A stretch of 42,625 bases of DNA, from positions 59,990-102,614 of the forward strand of contig NIVC01004478.1 of assembly GCA_002269645.1 (NCBI GenBank). The letters are read 5' to 3'. How positions within the stretch are numbered: position 1 is the first letter of the stretch; each line of letters starts with the position of its first letter. The notes beneath the pieces are model-generated. The model did not search any database and was not told the origin of the DNA. It was given only the letters and a program-made list of their open reading frames with translations. Source of the DNA: Macrostomum lignano (Eukaryota). Position numbers and translations under genes: made by a program. Shown in pieces: positions 36,057-42,625 of this stretch.

Positions 36057-36337
36057 TATGCTGCACGAATAAACGAAAGAACAGACAAGTAACGCATCGA
36101 AAACGGCGTCCAGTGTCCGTTTGAAATTCTTTTTCCGTTTATGCTTATCTTATGTAAAAAATTGCTATTTTGTACAAGAAATATAAAATTCGTAAACTTC
36201 TGCTCTTGCTAAAAATAAATCGGGACTCGTAGTACTCTACTGTTAGCAGTATGATTAGCGTGAGTAATTCGACGGCATATTGTTGTGAAATTATAATATT
36301 GTAAATCTAACTTGAGTGGGCTTTCCATTTAATCAAC

Positions 36338-36938
36338 CCATTCTCTCCCTTCTCTCCCCTTCTCTCCCCTTCTCTCCCTTTCTCTCCCTTTCTCTCCCTT
36401 TCTCTCCCCCTCTCTCCCTTCTCTCCCTAATATAGGTAATTTTGTCCGCCAGGGCGACATATAATTTCGTCCGTTCCCAAGTAATTGCCTTCTCCCTTTC
36501 TCTCCCTTCTCTCCCTTTCTCTCTTCTTCTCTCCCTTCTCTCCCCTTCTCTCCCTTTCTCTCCCCTTCTCTCCCTTTCTCTCCCCTTCTCTCCCTTTCTC
36601 TCCCTTCTCTCTCTCCTTCTCTCCCCCTCTCCCCCTCTCTCTCTTCTCTCCCCCTCTGTCCCCTTCTCTCCCTTTCCCCCTCTCTCCCCTCTCTTTCTCT
36701 CCCCTTCTCTCCCTTTCTCTCCCTTCTCTCCCCTTCTCTCCCTTCTCTCCCCTTCTCTCCCCCTATCTCCCCCTCTCCCTTCTCTCCCTTCTCTCCCCCT
36801 ATCCCCTTCTCTCCCCCTATCCCCTTCTCTCCCCCTCTCTCCCCTCTCTCCCCCTCTGTCTCTTCTCTCCCCCTTCCCCCTCTCTCCCCCTTCTCTCCCC
36901 CTTCTCTCCCCCTCTCTCTTTCTCTCCCCTTCTCTCAC
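36338..36938. repeat. CT-rich low-complexity array (TTCTCTCCC[C/T])
   Basis: Direct reading; interrupted by a ~60 nt unique island at 36428-36488. Confidence 0.9.
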
Positions 36939-37553
36939 CGCTTACCTACTTTTTTGCCCGTTAACCTCACGTCGCTTGACTGATGTTTTTTAACTCTCAG
37001 TTACAAGACCTTGCCTATAACCTCCCAACCTACATTTACATAAGAAAAAATAGCTTCCGTAATTAATAAATAAATCAATCAATCAAAGAAGCAATGTGAA
37101 AGTCTGTCCTGCCAGATCCCCCGCTTCAGGCTGTATAAAAAGTTTTTAGGCTAGGTATATAACTTGCCTGCTTTGAAGTGTAGAATTTCCCAAGATTGCT
37201 ACCATATATACCGGTACGTATAAATAACACCAACTGACTGGTATATCGGATTTCAGACCTGTCAATCCAATCTGGCTATTCAGCATGTCTCCCCAGTACA
37301 TTTTGATACTTCACACGCTGTTATCGCTGTTATAGTACAATAATATAGAGAATGGGCAATTTGCGTGCGAACGAACTGGTATTTGGACACTGGTATAGGC
37401 AACCGAGAGGGTAAATATCAAATTATCAATATTTTACACTCAGTTTTTTTTGCATGAGGCAGCCTTTACGCAATTCAAGTTGCTTTGAAGTATTGTAGCT
37501 AATTACTAAAATAAAATTGATATACGCGCGGTGAATGCTGAATCTGAGAGCAG

Positions 37554-37804
37554 TCAGAGGGAGTACGAGATGGAGAGGGAGAGAGGAGAGGGAGAGGGGA
37601 TGAGGAGAGGTAAAAGGGGGACGATAGAGGGAGAGGAGAGGGAGATGGAGAGGGAGAGGAAGAAGGAGAGGGAGAAGGAGAGGAGAAGGAGAGGGAGGAG
37701 AGGGAGAGGGAGAGGGAGAAGGAGAGGGAGATGGAGAGGGAGATGGAGAGGGAGAAGGAGAAGGAGAGGGCGATGGAGAGGGAGAGGGAGAAGGAGAAGG
37801 AGAG

Positions 37805-37849
<45 letters not shown>

Positions 37850-37862
37850 GAGAGAAAGGAGG
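37554..37862. repeat. GA-rich array on the left flank of the PLE
   Basis: GGAGAG-based units with GGCGATGGAGAG variants. Confidence 0.9.
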
Positions 37863-37933
37863 GCGCCTCCAATCTCGGGCACTGACACGGTAGAAAGTCA
37901 GAAAGGACTGAAAAAAGTCAATTTAAATTGAGT

Positions 37934-37970
37934 AGCCGATATTTCGAAATTAAATTTCTTCGTCAGGGCT
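37934..37970 (-). ncRNA. Minimal type-I hammerhead ribozyme motif of the PLE
   Basis: Minus strand: AGCC-CTGACGA-A-GAAAT-TTA-ATTTC-GAAA-TA-TC/GGCT. This gives stem I AGCC/GGCT, the conserved core, stem II GAAAT/ATTTC and a palindromic ATAT in place of stem III. Confidence 0.75.
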
Positions 37971-38387
37971 GCAAGCGAGTGAAGTTTATTTGGCGCGAAT
38001 TGCCGTCAAAATATAAAGGCGATATCGCCAGGGAGAGACGATCGATAAATTGATGTGCTCAAGCACTTAAAACAGTGCGCATGGTCAGTACATTAAAACG
38101 AGTCGGAGACTATGAGAAAAGCGGGGGGTGGCTAAAACTGTACAATTGGGCCTATAGACGACCTTTAAGTGTAGAATAAAAATTGTAAAAATAAATGGCG
38201 AAATAAATAGGTAAGGTAAATAAAAATAATTATTAAATGTTCAGAGCAGAAATGCAGGTGCACCGTACACAGTGTCAGAAAAATGAATAAAAAGCAGAAA
38301 ATAAATAATCTGAATAAATCGAAATAAAGTCAATGAAAAAATCACAGAGGGGAAAATAGCAGTAAAGGAGCCTTTGTACAGCTGATC

Positions 38388-40629
38388 TCAATTGGCAGAA
38401 GCTGGTTCGAGCTGGCTGTGGCAGAGTAGATCCCGAAGGCTCCTCCCTTTAGTGAAGGCCGGCAGTACAGGGGCATCGCAGTGCTGTGCCACGCCGTCCC
38501 TCACCTTGGCAACCAGGGTGTCTGACCCAGCGCAGTGCGGCACAATCAGTGGGATCGCCGGATTGTGCAGCACCCCGGCCAGCTCGTTGGCGCCATGTGG
38601 GACCAGAGTTTTCAGGACCGCGATGAGTTTGGCCTCCTGGCGTTGACGTCGTTCATTGGCCTTGGGTCCAGAGCCGTCCCGCGTCCACACTCCGGTGAAG
38701 GCAAAGTCCTCGAGACTATGGCCATCGTTGCTGAAGTGGCGGGCCACCGGAGTGTCGCGTGCGTGCCTGATGTCGCCGACGTGCGCTAGCATGCGGGCCC
38801 GGATGCTGTTGACCGTCTCGCCGACGTAGACCGTGCAGCTGCAGCGGCGGCAGAACACGGTGTAGACAGCGTTGACCGAGTTGCAGTCGATCCTCTGGCT
38901 GATGGTGATCTTGACGGTCGTGGACGCAGATCCCGGGCAGACGGAGGTGAATCTGGCGTGCGCCTGGCAGCACTTGCACAGCCGGGCCGGGTTGCACGGC
39001 AGGAAGCCGAACTCCCACCGCCTTGTCGGGTAGAAACCCAGCTCCGCCAGCACCTCGTATTTGATATTGCGTAGAAAACGCCTGTTGTAGCCCTGGTGCT
39101 GCACCAGATTCGACAGCAGCTCGGTGCAGGCCGCGTCGAAGTCGACCATCCGGGAGCACCTGCGGGCGTATCTGATGAGCTGGGACTTGACCACACCCTT
39201 GAACGTCCGCCTCGGGTGGAATGAGTCGCGGTGGATAAGAGCTCGGCTGTCCGTGGGCTTGAAGAAGACTCTAGTCGCCAGACGCTTGGAGTCCCCCTCG
39301 CGGTCCCAGAAGACGGTGGTGTCCAGGAAGTTGACCTCGGTGCTGCTGTAGCTCAGCTGCAACCTGATGTTCGGGTCGAGGCCATCCAGGAGCTCGTGGA
39401 AGCGGACCAGCTCGTCTCTCGTTCCGTGCCAGACGCCGAAGATGTCGTCAATGTAGCGCAGCCACAGGGCGGGCTTCTGCGGGCTGAGCTCCAGGCCCCG
39501 CTGCTCCCAGTAGCCCATGTAGATGTTGCTGTAGCTGGGTGCAAACGACTTCCCCATGGCCGTGCCTTTCACTTGCAGGAAAAATTTGCCGTCGAATTCG
39601 AAGTCGTTGCGCTCCAGGTTAAGCTTGAGCAGACTGAGGAGACTCGCGTCTGGGCGCCTGGCATCCGGGTGCTCCCTGAAGGCCCTCTGTACGCACTCGA
39701 GTCCGGCCGCGGTCGGGATGTTGGTGTAAAGGCTGGCGACGTCCATGGTGAACAGGAAGGACTCCTCGGACGCCGCACAGGCGATCCCGCGGATGGCGGC
39801 TTGGAAGTGGTCAGTGTCCCTGATGAAGCTGGGCAGCTGGATGACGATCGGCTGCAGGAAGCTGTCGATGAAGCGGCCGCTGGCGTAAGACTCGCTGTCC
39901 ACGTCAGACACGATGGGCCGGCCCGGAGGAATGTCGCCGAGCGGCCACGACTCGACGGGCTTGTGGATCTTCGGCAGGATGTAGAAGCACCGCGTGCGGA
40001 ACTCCTCCTTCGGGCAGAAGGCGTTGAACTGGCGCCGATCGATGATCCTTCGGTCCAGCAGCGATCTGAAGACGCCGCGGATCATCTGGGCTGTGAAGCG
40101 GCTGATCGGTGCGCTCAGAGGTCGGTAAAACAGCCGGGTCTTCCAGCTGACGCAGGCATTCACGGACATAGTCCTGCCGGTCCAGGATGACCAGCTGGCT
40201 GCCCTTGTCGGCCGGCTTGATGACGATGGACTTGTCTGCCCGCAGATCTCGCAGTGCCTTTGCCTCCGCCTGGCTGACGTTTGGAGCGTTCCTGCAGTCC
40301 CGGATGTTCTCCCTGACGTCGTCCAGCTCCGCCAGAGCGGCTTTAATTTCGGGCCGGAGGCGGCTCGGATCGATGCTGGCCGTTGGGCGGCGGGGAAGCG
40401 GCGGACCGTCGTCCACCGTCAGTTCGCGCTTGAAGCCGCGAGCCGCCGACACGGCCAGACGCTCGCCAAAGTTGCGGACGCCGGACGCCAGAGACTCCGC
40501 CGAGGTGCACCGAGGAGCCACTACGAAGGACTGGCCGCGCTCCAGCAGTTGCAGTTCAGTCGGTGCGAGAGCGCGGCTGGAAAGGTTCGTCACCCTCAGT
40601 TGGGGGGGCCATGGCTCGCCCCCGCCCGC
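38388..40629 (-). CDS. PLE reverse transcriptase plus GIY-YIG endonuclease polyprotein (~740 aa after correcting one +1 indel near 40134)
   Basis: VTNLS...EL.LL..G.SF N-terminus, IKPADKGSQLVILDR, FYILPKIHKP, PGRPIVS, MDVASLYTNIP, QVKGTAMGKSFAPSYSNIYM, YIDD (39455-39444), NFLD, FFKPTD...SFHP, Cys linker PC...CKCC, AVY..FCRRC...YVGET...R...H...HF...E...GAN. Confidence 0.92.
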
Positions 40630-41001
40630 TCAGTTTTTTGGAAGGTCGCCCGCCGTCTCCAGGGCGACGGCGAACGCCCCATCAGCAGACTGTCGCTCCA
40701 GGCTGATCTGGTCCCGTCGGAATGCCAGGTCCTTGGTGTCCAGCGAGATCAGGCTGACAGACCGGTAGCTGCTCAGGAGCTGGTTCGTCTTGCGACAGTT
40801 ACTCTTCTGGAGCGCCGGCGCATCGGGGGGGCACACGGTCTGCACCACCCAGATTGACGCGCCGGGGAAAGCCTTCCTGATGTTGGTCAGGCTCATCTTC
40901 CAGAGCTTGGCGATGGAGAAGTCGAAGCTCTCACGGTGGAGGTCGTTGTTGCCGGCCCAGACGATGACGCGGCCCGTGTCGGGACTCGCATTCTCTCGCA
41001 T
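40630..41001 (-). CDS. C-terminal half of an SGNH/GDSL-hydrolase-like upstream ORF of the PLE
   Basis: VIVWAGNND matches SGNH block III (GxND), followed by the expected helix-strand pattern ([13 protein letters not shown]) and a block V-like FRRDQIS in which the His position reads Ser. Blocks I-II are absent. Confidence 0.6.
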   Translation of the reverse strand: MRENASPDTGRVIVWAGNNDLHRESFDFSIAKLWKMSLTNIRKAFPGASIWVVQTVCPPDAPALQKSNCRKTNQLLSSYRSVSLISLDTKDLAFRRDQISLERQSADGAFAVALETAGDLPKN

Positions 41002-41004
41002 TCT

Positions 41005-42155
41005 TCAGAGGGAGAATGAGAAGGAGAGGGAGAAGGAGAAGGAGAGGGAGAGGGAGAGAGAAAAGGAGAGGGAGAATGAGAAGGAGAGGGAGAAGGAGAG
41101 GGAGAGGGAGAAGGAGAGGGAGATGGAGAGGGAGATGGAGAGGGAGAAGGAGAAGGAGAGGGCGATGGAGAGGGAGAGGGAGAAAGAGAGGGAGAGAGAA
41201 AAGGAGAGGGAGAATGAGAAGGAGAGGAGAATGAGAAGGAGAGGGAGAAGGAGAGGAGAAGGAGAGGGAGAAGAAGGAGAGGGAGAAGGAGAGGGAGAGG
41301 GAGAGGGAGAAGGAGAGGGAGATGGAGAGGGAGATGGAGAGGGAGAAGGAGAAGAAGAGGGCGATGGAGAGGGAGAGGGAGAAGGAGAAGGAGAGGGCGA
41401 TGGAGAGGGAGAGGGAGAAAGAGAGGGAGAGAGAGAAAAGGAGAGGGAGAATGAGAAGGAGAGGGAGAATGAGAAGGAGAGGGAGAAGGAGAAGGAGAGG
41501 GAGAGGGAGAAGAAAAGGAGAGGGAGAATGAGAAGGAGAGGGAGAAGGAGAGGGAGAGGGAGAAGGAGAGGGAGATGGAGAGGGAGATGGAGAGGGAGAA
41601 GGAGAAGGAGAGGGCGATGGAGAGGGAGAGGGAGAAAGAGAGGGAGAGAGAAAAGGAGAGGGAGAATGAGAAGGAGAGGAGAATGAGAAGGAGAGGGAGA
41701 AGGAGAGGAGAAGGAGAGGGAGAAGAAGGAGAGGGAGAAGGAGAGGGAGAAGGAGATGGAGAGGGAGAAGGAGAGGGAGAGGGAGAAGGAGAGGGAGAAG
41801 AAGGAGAGGGAGAAGGAGAGGGAGAAGAAGGAGAGGGAGAAGGAGAGGGAGAAGGAGATGGAGAGGGAGAAGAAGAGGGAGAAGGAGAAGGAGAGGGAGA
41901 AGGAGAGGGAGAAGAAGGAGAGGGAGAAGGAGAGGGAGAAGGAGATAGAGAGGGAGAAGGAGAGGGAGAAGGAGAAGGAGAGGAGAATGAGAAGGAGAGG
42001 AGAATGAGAGGAAGGGAGGAGAAGGAGAGGGAGAAGAGAGGGAGAAGAAGGAGAGGAGAAGGAGAGGGAGAAGGAGATGGAGAGGGAGAAGGAGAGGGAG
42101 AGGGAGAAGGAGATGGAGAGCGAGTGACGCAGAGGTGCAGGGAGAGGGAGGAGGG
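41005..42155. repeat. GA-rich array on the right flank of the PLE
   Basis: Same unit family as 37554-37862. Confidence 0.92.
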
Positions 42156-42399
42156 AGGGGAGAGGACTGGTATAGGATTATAAAACAGCTAAATTAAGTA
42201 AAGCTTAGACTAGAGCAGAGTAAAGAAGTGGACTCGCGAAGGTTTGAAACGGAGATAGGGACGGGACTGGTGTGGATAACAGTAGAAATGAGAGAAGGTC
42301 AGCAATAAAGTGAGAATTCAATAATCGGGATCACGAGTGTCTAAATAGAATTTCTAATACATAGCTGCCATTGGTTGCAGTTGCAGACTGACAGTTTTA

Positions 42400-42625
42400 A
42401 CATTTATAACACCCCTGACCCCAAGCCAAGTTGGACTCTGGAGGCAGGTGCGCAGCAGCTCCAGCAAACTGTGGCAGGTGTTCATCGAGGAGAGGACTCC
42501 TACCCATGATGACGTAATGCTGCTGCTGGCACTGTCCCGCGGACACACTCAACCGCATATAGGTGTAATCATCGGGGCATGCACTCGCTCCGAATTCCAT
42601 CTGGATCTGGATGCGGGGCCTGCAG
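42400..42625. other. GC-rich probable coding exon running off the window edge, strand unresolved
   Basis: Both codon-aligned frames are open: plus ...KLWQVFIEERTPTHDDVMLLLALSRGH..., minus ...PDDYTYMRLSVSAGQ.... No recognisable family. Confidence 0.3.

Larger units (their letters stand above)
37862..41004 (-). mobile_element. Penelope-like retroelement (EN+, Neptune-like features), probably 5'-truncated
   Basis: RT plus GIY-YIG ORF, upstream SGNH-like ORF, AT-rich 3' UTR, hammerhead motif. Confidence 0.92.

Noticed and set aside
37426-42183. Glu/Arg/Gly-rich ORFs (EREKE..., GEGEG...)
   Set aside because: Translations of the GA-rich arrays.
42120-42400. Upstream pseudo-LTR copy of the PLE 3' end
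   Set aside because: No similarity to 37862-38388 and no second hammerhead.

Overview
Eukaryotic (metazoan) genomic DNA: GC-rich exons in AT-rich spacers, with almost every intron and intergenic gap holding its own minisatellite. This architecture resembles a Macrostomum-like flatworm, which is an inference. Four conserved, co-oriented + strand genes can be reconstructed: TFIIE-alpha (GTF2E1, 4 exons), LYRM4/ISD11 (1 exon), the DEAD-box helicase DDX24/Mak5 (5 exons, about 8 single-base indels) and Nocturnin (3 exons). There are also two or three low-confidence unknown coding blocks. The right third is accessory. It holds a tRNA-derived CORE-type SINE, a possible LINE 3' fragment beside a (CAA/CAG)n array, and the most interesting object, a Penelope-like retroelement (PLE, minus strand, about 37.9-41.0 kb). 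The PLE has an upstream SGNH-hydrolase-like ORF, an RT, a Cys-linker plus GIY-YIG endonuclease that appears to sit inside the RT C-terminal linker, a minimal type-I hammerhead ribozyme in its 3' region, and related GA-rich arrays on both flanks. Most long ORFs in the supplied track are artefacts of tandem repeats.
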